Assembly (NCBI GenBank): GCA_051532035.1
Contig: JAOPTW010000012.1
Location: 51,085 to 115,084, forward strand
DNA length: 64,000 nucleotides
Reading direction: 5' to 3'
From: Fibrobacterales bacterium
Lineage (GTDB): Bacteria > Fibrobacterota > Fibrobacteria > Fibrobacterales > JAOPTW01
The position numbers and the translations under genes were made by a program. Of this stretch, positions 30,491 to 42,673 are shown piece by piece (positions within the stretch are counted from its first letter, which is position 1; every line of letters starts with the position of its first letter). The notes under the pieces are model-generated. The model worked only from the letters and a program-made list of their open reading frames with translations, was not told the DNA's origin and ran no database searches.

Positions 30491-30733
30491 AAATAAAAGC
30501 CTATTGGTGAGATCATTAATTCTTTGTTCCTCTTATGAACCCTATACGAGCTAAACGGAACCGCGAATCAAAGTTAGAAAATCTGTAGAGTATTATAGGC
30601 TTGGTATACAAAAATATCGTAAGTCACTTGTATTGTAGGCAACGTTCGAAAATATGTTTGTGGAAATCCCTCGTTTATGGATGGGCTATTTTATTATATT
30701 CTCTACAGATACAAGTTATAACTCGATAGGCCT

Positions 30734-31267
30734 ATGAAACATTCAGAAACAAAACAGATGCTCTTTAATATAGATGATGATATAGATCTTGATTTTTCAA
30801 AAAATGCAAGCGTTGCCTACAAGGGGAAATGCATATATACATCAAAGAAAACTGTTGGAATAGCCACAATTAATGAAGATACCAAATGTTATGATGGTGT
30901 TTCGTTTTTTAAGGCGTCTATGATTCAAGGATATCGAAAATTAGCAGAAGATGAAATCCCTGAAGTTGGCAATGATAACACACCCTACTTAGGTCTCACT
31001 TCATTTAGTTCTGTTATCCGTTACATTATGCAGAGTGATAAAATTTGTGCGGTATTTTATGGGAAGGATCTTCATGATTTCTATGAAGGTTACTTTTATT
31101 ATGAAACACGACATAAACTATACATGAAAACTTTGACAGAAGACGGAATTCCTGCAAAGACTCAGATATTTCTGAAAAGTAAAATTTCAGGATTGAGCTT
31201 CGATTCTAGCTATGAGGACGCTATTGAGGCGAGTTATTACAAATCCTTGGAACAGTATCACGAGTAA
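30734..31267 (+). CDS. Hypothetical protein
   Basis: 177-aa ORF filling an intergenic gap. Possible internal two-fold repeat. Confidence 0.55.
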   Translation: MKHSETKQMLFNIDDDIDLDFSKNASVAYKGKCIYTSKKTVGIATINEDTKCYDGVSFFKASMIQGYRKLAEDEIPEVGNDNTPYLGLTSFSSVIRYIMQSDKICAVFYGKDLHDFYEGYFYYETRHKLYMKTLTEDGIPAKTQIFLKSKISGLSFDSSYEDAIEASYYKSLEQYHE

Positions 31268-31712
31268 TTCGTTCAATACCGTTATATGACACAAAAAGGC
31301 ATTCTGACAGGTGACACCGTTGAGAGCATGGACTTTCTACATAAATAGTATGAGGATGATTACACCTGTAATCACAAATGAATAATGTTAGGGTATTTTT
31401 TACCCTTTCCTCCTATGTACAGTATAGATTAGGTATTAGGTTAAGAATACTATTCACACACATACTCATAGATTGCGAGTAAAAAAAGCACCGACCTATT
31501 TATTACTATAGAATATTGAGGAATTTTAAACACTTGATTGCCGGGCTCACTTCTTTCAACGAGAATTATAAGGAAATTGAGGTATTAAGGCAAAATACCG
31601 AGTATAATGAATGAGGGTCTTTTATGACACTTTCTTATGGATACTAAGCACAACAGCAGGCATTAATGTAAAACCATTTTTCTCTCAGCCAAATTATTAC
31701 GGAGTACTGACC

Positions 31713-33287
31713 ATGCAGACAGCACTTATAACATATCTATTACCCATTGCACTTTTCTTAGTTGCATGTTCAGTCCAAGACAGTGATATTGCGGGAGCGA
31801 CCGATATTGAAACAGGCGGAACCATAGCGGGTATTATCCATACTCCTGAGGGTAAGCCCGTCGCATTTGCAAAGATCTCTCTCATTCCAGATGGATATAA
31901 CCCTGTAACAAAAAGTAACGCCTCAAACCGCCATGATGTATATACCGATACTCAGGGCTATTACACAATAGATAGTATTGAGGATGGAGACTATTCATTA
32001 GAGACGGTCGATGGAGAACAAACCCATGGGCTCTATAAACAAGATATTTCAATTGTACATTCGAGTGAATATTCTTACAGCGACACCCTGCAACCGATGG
32101 GACGAGTGATTATATCCTTTCCATTACAGAGTAATATATCAGCTGGTACTCTCTATTTAAAAAATACCACGTTTATAACGGAAATAGATAGTAATAGTAC
32201 TCAAATAACAGCAACGTTTACAGCGCTCCCTGCTGGGCAATATACTCCGGTACTCTACATAAACCAGGAAACCTCAACACCACTCAATGGACTTGAAACA
32301 TTTACCCTCCCCGTTGGAGATACTCTTTTTATAGAACCTGAATACGAGAGTAGTAGTGAATTAGAGCAGAATACGTCTAGTGCATCAGTATTCATTTCTA
32401 GTAGTTCTTCAAATAATGGGTCATCTTCAATCGCACTACTTTCATCGAGTATATCACTCTCATCATCATCAGTAGAAACACTTTCATCCAGTATATCCTT
32501 ATCATCGTCATTGGTTGGGGCATCATCAAGTGCTCTGCTCAATGATACAACTGAGATATTACATCTCAATGGGGACCCTGAGCATATTGAGATTCAAGGA
32601 GGTATAGATTACGACTGGACTAACTATGGGTTATCAATGGAACTCTGGGTTAAATTGGATACCATTGAAAATCATACTCATTTATTTAATCTTGCAGGAG
32701 GTTCAAATAACAATTATTTCGTAGCATTTGACCTTCAAGTAGATAGTTTGGGAGAGCATTATCTCGAGTATGTTGTGAGTAATAGTAGTGATGGCTCTGG
32801 GGATTGGTATGGCATGAGTATTCATGATATTTTTACTATCGATGAATGGATCCATGTTGCAGTAACGGTTACCTCTGAGGGCTATGTAACATTTTATGTT
32901 AATGGTAAAGTCCATACACAAGAGACAGAGCCAAATCTTAAGGCTCTCCCTAGAAATGTTGCTCGGTCATCCAATTTTATCGGAAAGAGTTCTAATTCTG
33001 ACGGTGCATATTTGAATGGACTTGTAGATAATGTTCGTCTTTGGAATAGAGCACTGAATGCGAGCGAAATAGAAATGAATTTATACAGCACCAACGATCA
33101 ACTGTATGATGCAACTAGTTTGGTGTTCAGTTATGATTTTAATTATTTTGATACGCAACCGAGCACTGTGACGGATGCTACGGGTAATCATCATGGGAGT
33201 ATCAACTCTATTGATGCTGATGGAAGTTATGGCGAACAAGGCACATGGCGGCCTCAGGTTGATTTTAGGAGTGAGTTAGGATTCTAA
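31713..33287 (+). CDS. Lipoprotein with carboxypeptidase-regulatory-like N-terminus, Ser-rich linker and LamG (Laminin_G_3) domain
   Basis: Lipobox LVAC. WIHVAVT...FYVNG and LNGLVDNVRLWNRALNASEI. GGAG SD before the ATG at 31713. Confidence 0.8.
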   Translation: MQTALITYLLPIALFLVACSVQDSDIAGATDIETGGTIAGIIHTPEGKPVAFAKISLIPDGYNPVTKSNASNRHDVYTDTQGYYTIDSIEDGDYSLETVDGEQTHGLYKQDISIVHSSEYSYSDTLQPMGRVIISFPLQSNISAGTLYLKNTTFITEIDSNSTQITATFTALPAGQYTPVLYINQETSTPLNGLETFTLPVGDTLFIEPEYESSSELEQNTSSASVFISSSSSNNGSSSIALLSSSISLSSSSVETLSSSISLSSSLVGASSSALLNDTTEILHLNGDPEHIEIQGGIDYDWTNYGLSMELWVKLDTIENHTHLFNLAGGSNNNYFVAFDLQVDSLGEHYLEYVVSNSSDGSGDWYGMSIHDIFTIDEWIHVAVTVTSEGYVTFYVNGKVHTQETEPNLKALPRNVARSSNFIGKSSNSDGAYLNGLVDNVRLWNRALNASEIEMNLYSTNDQLYDATSLVFSYDFNYFDTQPSTVTDATGNHHGSINSIDADGSYGEQGTWRPQVDFRSELGF

Positions 33288-33468
33288 TGTTGATTTAAGA
33301 AATTAAGTTGTAAAGATGTTTAAAAATTATCGAAGTGACAACACGTGCTGAGATAAGTAGACACCTAGATAAGACAGGTCCACTGTAAATTATGGGCACT
33401 ACTGATCCATTTTTAGGCTAATAAATATAGATTTGTGTAATACATACATTAAGTCGTTGGGGACACGC

Positions 33469-35115
<1,647 letters not shown>

Positions 35116-35121
<6 letters not shown>

Positions 35122-36255
35122 GTTGAGTGTTTTTTTGTCAAGTATGTCACTGAATAGCTCATCATACACTCCAATCATAGTACTCCAGTCATAAGATGCA
35201 ACTAGTTTACGATAGTCTCCTTTTTCCCAGGTGCCCTTTTGAAATGAAGCGCACAACTCTTTTAGTTTTATAACAAGGTCATCGTAGGTGTCATAAAAAA
35301 GTTCAGGATTTTCATCTGGTTTATAGAGTTCTACATATGAGAGGCGCTTGGGGAGCAGTGGACGGACACCAGCATGTACTGCCTCGGCAATACTGATGCC
35401 AAAAAAATCATGGATTGATGTTACGGGTAAAATATGTGCATTGTGCATAAAAGAATGATATTCATCTCTGGTCGCATAGCCCGAAAACAGCGTGTGTGAT
35501 TCGAGCTCATTAAGGTATGATCCATAGTTCTTTTTCTGAGTATTCGTTTGTTCTCCCAAGAATACCAGTTGAAATGGAATCTCTGCCCGTTTGAGTTCAA
35601 TGAGCGCATTGAAAAAGTCTTTTGGGTTTTTGTCATGATCAAGTCGGTGATTCCAGAGTATCATAGGACCACTCTCTTTTGAAGCGTGTTGCGCCACTCC
35701 AATACTTTGAGATTCAGCGGTAAAAGATATGCCCAATGGAAGAACCGATGTCTTTGTATACTGCTTCTTCAAAGTATCAGTATGTTTATAATCAGGCATT
35801 TTATTCAACAGCTTCCCGAGTTCATCAAAAAAAGAACTCCGATTGTATGCACTGTTAAAAAGCACGTAATCAGATGCGAGCATGGTGGTGTAGTTCATCA
35901 TTCCAAAGTGAACATCACGGCCTTCCTGTTTATCTTCGGAGTCTGGCTGCCAAGGGTAGGCAAGCTGATTCTCATGGAAGTAGGTGACAATAGGGATATG
36001 AGAGGGGAGAGTGTGACGTAATAGTGCGCTAAAGGCAGCAACGTCCAACATATCAGTAGTCAGAATAACATCGGGCAGTTCTTTGAGCTGAGCAACTCGC
36101 TCAGCCAGGGTTACGCATGCGCCATACATGCGCCATTTCCAGAACTTTCCCTCGAGGGTGATGAGTTCTATATCATGGGAGCTGTGCTCTTTGAACTGGT
36201 CGGCCCACGCTTTATGCGAACCGGAGTAAAATGCCTCAACAAGCAATATCTTCAT
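35116..36255 (-). CDS. DUF3524 / GT4-like glycosyltransferase (GTDC1/QTMAN-like)
   Basis: EAFYSGSH..W, WKWRM, YFHENQLAYP, FNS.YNR, WNHR.DHDKNP and FFGIS..EA. Confidence 0.88.
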
Positions 36256-36359
36256 CTTTTCCAATTATATTGAACATTTCTGCGTTATTTGTTCCCTCAC
36301 GTACTAGCGTACGCTTCGGTCTCAAATGCCTTGAACTGTCCTAATATAATTTGAAAAGA
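36255..36359. repeat. ERIC-like palindromic intergenic element (~105 bp)
   Basis: Terminal arms TCTTTTCCAATTATATT / AATATAATTTGAAAAGA. Minus-strand core CAAGGC...AAGCGTAC-GCTA-GTACGTGA...AACGCAG. Confidence 0.55.
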
Positions 36360-36503
36360 GGGCTTTGGATACTAATTTCGTGCTGGTGCACGGGTTTGTG
36401 GCTCAAATGCTTTGAGCTGTTCTGATGTGATTTGAAAAGGGTGGTTTGGATACTGATTTCGTGCTGTTGCACGGAAGTTACTTTTTTCGTGCTGTTGCAC
36501 GGG
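36321..36503 (+). repeat. Diverged 81-bp tandem duplication plus a third partial copy
   Basis: 36321-36394 aligns without gaps to 36402-36475. TTTCGTGCTG(G/T)TGCACGG occurs three times. Confidence 0.85.
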
Positions 36504-36651
36504 GTTGCTCGGACTGGTAGTATGACAATTGGTTTGTTTGAATATCTTATATCCGTATCATTTGTGCAACGATTGGTGCAGTTATGATATTTTTTATGCT
36601 TCATACTATTCCTAATTGATTTATAACGGAAATAAGGGCTGTTTTGTATAT

Positions 36652-36667
36652 TGGCATATTAATTGCA
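36652..36667 (+). promoter_or_regulatory. Sigma54 (-24/-12) promoter
   Basis: TGGCATATTAATTGCA (GG-N10-GC), about 40 bp before the ATG at 36706. Confidence 0.8.
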
Positions 36668-36705
36668 TATATCAAGTAATAGCAATTAATTAATCAAGGA
36701 ATACT

Positions 36706-37416
36706 ATGAAAAAGCTCATACTACTATTACTTATCATTCCCCTAAGCATCAGTGCATTCGAAAACTTAAATGATACTATTCAGAAGAATACAAGTACCTC
36801 TGATATTGAGGGACGAATAGACTCGCTCAATGCAAAAATAGAGTTACTTAACTATCAGCTGACCGATAATAATCCTTATGCCCTAGGGACAACTGCGGAC
36901 TGGGGTACTGGGCCTTTTGCCAGCATGATACTTGGAAACGATCAAGTTGGACTTGAACTTGGGTACATGGGGTCCTTTAAATTTAATTTTAAATTCAATC
37001 CATTTAACTTAAAGAAGGGTGATTTTGTGGGTAGACCTGCAAGAAAATTTAAAGTGGGTGGACTCCTGGGTATAAGTCAGTTAAGTAATAGAATTACCAC
37101 TAAAGATGAAGAAAGTACTGATATTGTGGTGGTTAATGGAACAAGTTTTTATGGTGGCCTTAAATTTGGTGGTGTACTCCTACAAAATTATATAAGCACT
37201 GAGGTGTTTATAGGGCCAATGTATTATATGGGGCATATTACTGATTCTAATAAGAACACTACCTGGAAAGAAGAATTTGGATTTAAAGAGTATATAGGAT
37301 TAACCTTCTATATAACGCGTCACTCCTCTTTTTCGGTTCGCTATGTGTTTGAAATGGTAAATGATGCCTTTGTAAAAAACATGACTACTGATGCTTCTCT
37401 TTCATTTTATTTTTAA
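36706..37416 (+). CDS. Secreted, probable outer-membrane beta-barrel protein
   Basis: Signal peptide, amphipathic beta-strands and terminal Phe (SLSFYF). Confidence 0.55.
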   Translation: MKKLILLLLIIPLSISAFENLNDTIQKNTSTSDIEGRIDSLNAKIELLNYQLTDNNPYALGTTADWGTGPFASMILGNDQVGLELGYMGSFKFNFKFNPFNLKKGDFVGRPARKFKVGGLLGISQLSNRITTKDEESTDIVVVNGTSFYGGLKFGGVLLQNYISTEVFIGPMYYMGHITDSNKNTTWKEEFGFKEYIGLTFYITRHSSFSVRYVFEMVNDAFVKNMTTDASLSFYF

Positions 37417-37432
37417 GAGATAGGGAACAGCC

Positions 37433-37939
37433 ATGTACGAGTTGTTTGTGAAATTATTTCACATAAGTTATGCTGCTATAATCAGCTTTACTCCGGTCAC
37501 TCTTGATCATAACAATCAAGCACTGCACATTCAATCAATGTTAACAGCGCCCGTAACACATGAAGTAGAAGAACTCATTAAGAGTAACTATCGGTTTAAA
37601 GTGAAAAAAGAGCTGACGCTTATTGTTAACCAAAAACATGTTATCAATCGAGAGGTCATACATACCCTGAGCTATGACAATGGGTATAGGGTCAATAACA
37701 GTAAAGTAGACCATAACGATGTTCAACAAGCAATGGGAGCTGTTGATATTCTTATACCTCACGTGAGATTTGATGAGGGTGACTCTCTTCTCCTACTTTT
37801 AAAGGCACGGATTGTGGTAGATAGTAATTTTACTCGATCAACGGGGCTTGCTACCGGAGTACTATGGAATTACTATGTTCCGAGAACTGAGCACCAATTG
37901 CACTTTACGAAGGGGAGGTTTGTCTATAATGAACATTAA
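37433..37939 (+). CDS. Hypothetical protein, possibly DUF4390-like
   Basis: Lies immediately before an NtrY/NtrX-like pair. Only weak sequence resemblance. Confidence 0.45.
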   Translation: MYELFVKLFHISYAAIISFTPVTLDHNNQALHIQSMLTAPVTHEVEELIKSNYRFKVKKELTLIVNQKHVINREVIHTLSYDNGYRVNNSKVDHNDVQQAMGAVDILIPHVRFDEGDSLLLLLKARIVVDSNFTRSTGLATGVLWNYYVPRTEHQLHFTKGRFVYNEH

Positions 37940-38972
37940 GACACGGTTTTTAATTTCTTTCATCAGTTTTATAATTGTACCAACACTTATAACTGCAGGA
38001 ATTGCTTTGACACTCTTTGTTGAAATATTTCAGTTGTTTGCCCAGGCTAATACCCCCTCTCTGATTCCTCTGATGTCACACAGAATAATGGAAAAATCAG
38101 TGGTAACGCTTCTAATATTTGTGTTCATCGTGTTAATAGTAGCGCTCCCTGTCGGGATAGCGCTCTTTAATAAGTTTACTAAACCCTATGTAAATGTATT
38201 CATCAATTTCTTTAATGTTGCTCAAGAGCGGTTCAGTCTTTCTCATGAATTATCAGGAGATAAGACCGAATTGCAAATGCTCGAAAAGCTTTCGACAGTA
38301 CTGGTTGATGATATTGATAAAATGAAAACCTATGAAAAAGCGGCGTCATGGAAAGAGGGGGCGCGTATGCTCATTCATGAAATCAAAAACCCTATGACTC
38401 CCATTAAACTTTCGGTTCAAAGTATTGCACTCGATACTACCCTTTCGGATAGCAATGAAGAGGTTAAGCAAATACTCACCTCTGTAGGTGATATGGAGGG
38501 GATTCTTAACAAATTTAAAGAGTTTGTAAATATAGACTTTGGTCCTCTCAAAAAAGTACCGTTGAATAATACCCTCGATGATATACAGACAGAATTGGTG
38601 AGGATTTGGCCCGATATTACCATTGATTATTCCGCAATTCAGGGTGATGTGTATATTGAAACAGAATTGTTGCTTCTCAAAATGCTCTTTGTTAATCTGG
38701 TTAACAATGGTATGGAAGCTAATGCAGCAGAGTTTTATTATACAGTGAGACAAGAACCTGACGCGGTAATAATAACATTTGTCACTCCAAATACTATTAT
38801 TTCGGAACCCTACAAAATATTTAATATCGGGTACTCCAGTAAAGGAGTAGAGCGGGGTTTTGGGCTTTTTCTGTGTAAGAAAATTTCAGAATACCTCGAC
38901 CTGAATCTAACAGTAACACAAAAGAGCGGTGATGTTGCATTCAGCATTCAACTCACTCCACTGACTGAGTAA
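37929..38972 (+). CDS. Membrane sensor histidine kinase (NtrY-like)
   Basis: Two TM helices, ASWKEGARMLIHEIKNPMTPI, NLVNNGMEA and GFGL. ATG at 37929 follows GGGGAGG. Confidence 0.88.
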   Translation: MNIKTRFLISFISFIIVPTLITAGIALTLFVEIFQLFAQANTPSLIPLMSHRIMEKSVVTLLIFVFIVLIVALPVGIALFNKFTKPYVNVFINFFNVAQERFSLSHELSGDKTELQMLEKLSTVLVDDIDKMKTYEKAASWKEGARMLIHEIKNPMTPIKLSVQSIALDTTLSDSNEEVKQILTSVGDMEGILNKFKEFVNIDFGPLKKVPLNNTLDDIQTELVRIWPDITIDYSAIQGDVYIETELLLLKMLFVNLVNNGMEANAAEFYYTVRQEPDAVIITFVTPNTIISEPYKIFNIGYSSKGVERGFGLFLCKKISEYLDLNLTVTQKSGDVAFSIQLTPLTE

Positions 38973-38978
38973 TATAGT

Positions 38979-40316
38979 ATGAATAACCACATATGCATTA
39001 TTGACAACGATACTTCAATTCTAGATACGCTAGAGCGGGTACTTATTAAAAATGGGTATACTGTGTCTCTCTACAGCTCTGCGGAGGCATTCTTGGCGTA
39101 TCTCGAATCTAATGAGCCTGCAGTTGCAGTCATTGATATAAACCTCGGAGAGGGGCAAATGCATGGGGGCGAGCTGACCAAAAAGATACGAGAGAACTTT
39201 GCTACTATTCAGACCGTTATCATTTCAGGAGAGAGTGATATTTCCAAAACACTCGAGTGCATGAAAAATGGGGCATACGACTTTATAGAGAAACCCCTTT
39301 CACTTCCCAAACTCCTAACCACTATTAAAAATGCAGTCAATCAGTATTGTACAAAAACAGCTTTTCAAACCGGGCGCGAAATACTTGGAACAAGCTCAGC
39401 AATTACCACATTAAAAAACCGACTCAAAAAATTAGCATCCCTCAATGAGAATGTATTGATATGTGGAGAAAGTGGTACGGGAAAAGAGTTAGTCGCAGAG
39501 AACTTGCATTATTACTCCAATCGTTTTCATATGCCTTTTTATAAAGTAAACTGTACGGCAATTAATCCTCAGCTTGTGGAATCAGAACTATTTGGGCACA
39601 CAAAAGGGAGTTTTACCGGAGCGGTGCAGGATAAAAAGGGATTGTTTGAGCTTGCGCATGGCGGATCATTTTTTATGGATGAAATTGGTGACTTTGATAT
39701 TCAGCTACAGAGTAAGTTGCTCAGAGTTATCCAAGAGAAAAAAGTTACAGCAATTGGTCAATCACAAGAGATCGGTGTTGATACGCGTATGATATTTGCG
39801 ACCCACTGTGATTTAAATCGTATGGTTCAGGAACAACGGTTCCGAAGCGATCTTTTTTTTAGAATTTCAACGTTTATTATTGATGTGCCCCCACTACGGA
39901 AGCGTCTCGAAGATATCCCTCTTTTGAGTGATCATATTGTTCGGACATTTATCGCAGAAAATAATTTACACTATACTGAACTTGAGAGCAGTGCACTCGA
40001 TAAACTGATGAGCTATACGTATCCCGGAAATATTCGTGAGCTCATTTCTATAGTAAAGAACGCAATAATATTTTCATCTGGTGAACAGATCTCTGCAGAA
40101 GATATATCCTTTACTCCAGTGGAAAGCGGTAAGAATATGTGGGACCTCGTCTCTGGTAAATCCTATAATGATGCAAAGATGTGGTTTGAAAAAGAGTTGG
40201 TGTCTCAGCGGTTGAAGCAATTTGACAATGATCTAGATGCAACAGCGGTATCATTGGGGATGATAAAAAACAATTTATATCGGAAGATAAAAGCCCATAA
40301 TATTCATCTTAAGTGA
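38979..40316 (+). CDS. Sigma54-dependent response regulator (NtrC/NtrX-like)
   Basis: Receiver domain, GESGTGKE, ESELFGHTKGSFTGA, MDEIG, PGNIREL and a Fis-type HTH. Confidence 0.93.
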   Translation: MNNHICIIDNDTSILDTLERVLIKNGYTVSLYSSAEAFLAYLESNEPAVAVIDINLGEGQMHGGELTKKIRENFATIQTVIISGESDISKTLECMKNGAYDFIEKPLSLPKLLTTIKNAVNQYCTKTAFQTGREILGTSSAITTLKNRLKKLASLNENVLICGESGTGKELVAENLHYYSNRFHMPFYKVNCTAINPQLVESELFGHTKGSFTGAVQDKKGLFELAHGGSFFMDEIGDFDIQLQSKLLRVIQEKKVTAIGQSQEIGVDTRMIFATHCDLNRMVQEQRFRSDLFFRISTFIIDVPPLRKRLEDIPLLSDHIVRTFIAENNLHYTELESSALDKLMSYTYPGNIRELISIVKNAIIFSSGEQISAEDISFTPVESGKNMWDLVSGKSYNDAKMWFEKELVSQRLKQFDNDLDATAVSLGMIKNNLYRKIKAHNIHLK

Positions 40317-40393
40317 TATTAGAATAGCAAAGACTATTTGTATCAATGCACTTAAACGCAAAATTGCTCTGTACTATCATAGATTACTCTATT

Positions 40394-40430
40394 AAAAAAC
40401 CCCAACACTGATTTACAGTATTGGGGTTTT
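40394..40430. terminator. Bidirectional intrinsic terminator
   Basis: AAAACCCCAACACTG...CAGTATTGGGGTTTT between convergent genes. Confidence 0.8.
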
Positions 40431-40462
40431 GTTTAAGTATAAGAGAATGTTACCTGAAGATT

Positions 40463-42673
40463 CTAGTCATGAACACAGCGTACATAATGATAGTTTGTTT
40501 CATTATCGGTATTAATCATAGCGGCCTCATCACTATCAGCGAGGAGCTCTAGAGCTCTTGAAACATTCGCTTCATAGTCTGACGCCCAATAGACACTCTG
40601 CAATCCGGCTTGTTCAAAATGCCAAACCGATTCAAATTGCCATGCTTTACCCATAGACTGACCATTAAAGTTAAAGCTATCACTCCCGTTGCCGCGGCGC
40701 CAGCCATAGGTTGATTTAAGTTTACTACCACTCTCTGTACCAACAACACTGAGTAATTGAGTCCATTCTGCTTCAGAAGGAACATGCCAATCTTCAGGGC
40801 AAACAACCCATGCTGCATTCAAATGGTACAGTCTACCGTATTCGTCACATATCCGGTTTTGATTATTATAACATGTCGATTTGTCAGGCATATCAGGAGT
40901 CTCGATTTTCAAGTTTTCAGCCATCCATAACTGCTGACCAATGTGTACTGTAGTATACGATCTACCATCTCTCCAGTCGATAAATGAGTCTAATACAACC
41001 TCATTGTTCTCTTCTAAAAATACAGCGCGTAAGGCTATGTCAGAGGTTACTTCAGATACTACCGTTCCGTTAATAAATGCATTCCCCGAGGTAACAATAA
41101 TATTCGAGAGGAAGGAGCCTGGTCCAGGGATGGCGGTCAACTCGGCACTGGATCCGTGTGTAATGGTAGCTGGGCCACTAAAATCACCGTTTCCTTCTAC
41201 GGTATAGGTGATAGTATATTCAAGTGAGGGTATTTCTCTAAAGTTTGCATTTATGGTTAGATGCCCTATGGCGGCAAAAATAGTACATTCAACGACTCCA
41301 GGTCCATCGGCACACGTATATTCAGGTCGTACAAGTGATGATGAAATTGATATTCCATTAAATTCATAACCAGTGTTTGGAGTTGCCGTAACCGTAAATG
41401 TTGCATTCTCCATATAGGAGGTAGGGCCTGATATCCCTCCAAGTGTGTTACTCGCATATGCCACTGAGTATTCAGTTGGGGCAACGGGAATAAAGTGAGG
41501 AGTAATAAATAAACTTCCAGTTATCCCTTCAATGCTACACGTCCTAGCTGAAATACACTCATACTCGGGGGTGGGCCCTTCGATTGATCGAATTTCCAAT
41601 CGATCAAATGAGTATCCTGCTCTTGGGAGAACATGAATATAAAAACGAGTATTTGCGGTATACATTTCAGGACCGGTTATCGAACCTTCTGGCGATAGAT
41701 CATAATGTATTAGATAATCATGAGGAACAAACTGTGCTTCAATAATTAGGTTACCATAGGTGCCATATACTCTACATTGAGTTATAGCGTCAACTGGTTC
41801 ACACGTATACCTTGGAACAGGGCCAGTTGATTGAATAGAGAGGTTTTCATATCTATATCCCTCATCAGCGAACAGATCAATAAGGAAAGAACTTTCAGTC
41901 CTATAGCTCCCTGGGCCCTCAATTGTGCCCCTAATTTCAGAGTAATGTACGGTATTGTGGGCTGGTTCAAATACTCCTCTTACCATTATATCAGTAGTTA
42001 CTTCGGCAATACCATTTGGAGTTACGACACCTACTCCAGCCATAATTTCATACCGGAGGAATTGGTAGCCTGGTTCTGCATCAGCAGTCAGCTCAACATA
42101 AGCTTCATATTCAACAATAGGTGGACCTGAGATTGTTCCGCCCGTACCATTGTTATCATACTCTATAGAGAGACGAGACCGTTCTGTTGAAACAACAACA
42201 TTATCAATATAGCAGGGAGTACCATCTCGGGCATCCATAAATACCACTTTAACTCGTTGCGTGATTTGCGCAACAAATGATCCAGAAAAATTTTGCCATT
42301 CACTAGTGAGCCCAACTGTTTCTGTTAGATGCCTATTATATGGAGCTGTGTGATATTCAACAGCAAAGTCCAAATCACGTATTGATCCAGATGTTGCGCG
42401 AGCGTCAAACGAGAAAAAATACTCTTGCCCTGCTCTTACCTCAATTTCTTGATAGAGCTGAAGATGCCATACCTCTCCGTCACCAACAGGGTTGTATTTG
42501 GCATCACGACCATTCTCATGTGACCCAATAGTTACGGGGCCATGTTGCGGATATACTAACCATGCATCGTCATTAGAGAAGTCTCCATTAGTAAGGAGAT
42601 TTTGTGCCTGTGCTGTAAAAGCAAGAACCAAAAAGAGAAGGGTTACAAAAGCTGTCTGTTTCATTGTTTTCAT
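40463..42673 (-). CDS. Secreted CBM4/9-like, InlB-B-like repeat and FISUMP domain protein
   Basis: NLLTNGDFS...WHLQLYQ...IDNV, repeated GY.F units, and C-terminal DWRDGRSYTTVHIGQQLWMAENL, CPEDWHVPS, YVRCVHD. Confidence 0.8.
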   Translation of the reverse strand: MKTMKQTAFVTLLFLVLAFTAQAQNLLTNGDFSNDDAWLVYPQHGPVTIGSHENGRDAKYNPVGDGEVWHLQLYQEIEVRAGQEYFFSFDARATSGSIRDLDFAVEYHTAPYNRHLTETVGLTSEWQNFSGSFVAQITQRVKVVFMDARDGTPCYIDNVVVSTERSRLSIEYDNNGTGGTISGPPIVEYEAYVELTADAEPGYQFLRYEIMAGVGVVTPNGIAEVTTDIMVRGVFEPAHNTVHYSEIRGTIEGPGSYRTESSFLIDLFADEGYRYENLSIQSTGPVPRYTCEPVDAITQCRVYGTYGNLIIEAQFVPHDYLIHYDLSPEGSITGPEMYTANTRFYIHVLPRAGYSFDRLEIRSIEGPTPEYECISARTCSIEGITGSLFITPHFIPVAPTEYSVAYASNTLGGISGPTSYMENATFTVTATPNTGYEFNGISISSSLVRPEYTCADGPGVVECTIFAAIGHLTINANFREIPSLEYTITYTVEGNGDFSGPATITHGSSAELTAIPGPGSFLSNIIVTSGNAFINGTVVSEVTSDIALRAVFLEENNEVVLDSFIDWRDGRSYTTVHIGQQLWMAENLKIETPDMPDKSTCYNNQNRICDEYGRLYHLNAAWVVCPEDWHVPSEAEWTQLLSVVGTESGSKLKSTYGWRRGNGSDSFNFNGQSMGKAWQFESVWHFEQAGLQSVYWASDYEANVSRALELLADSDEAAMINTDNETNYHYVRCVHD

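Noticed and set aside
29247..31267. Integron cassette array (short accessory-type genes)
   Set aside because: Mixed orientations, no recognisable attC (RYYYAAC...GTTRRRY) structures and no integrase.
31357..31374. Perfect palindrome TGATTACA-CC-TGTAATCA as a regulatory site
   Set aside because: It is real but single-copy, far from the next start codon, and has no supporting context.
36321..36503. CRISPR array
   Set aside because: Only 2-3 units with irregular spacing, the sequence between palindromes is itself duplicated rather than unique, and no cas genes are present.
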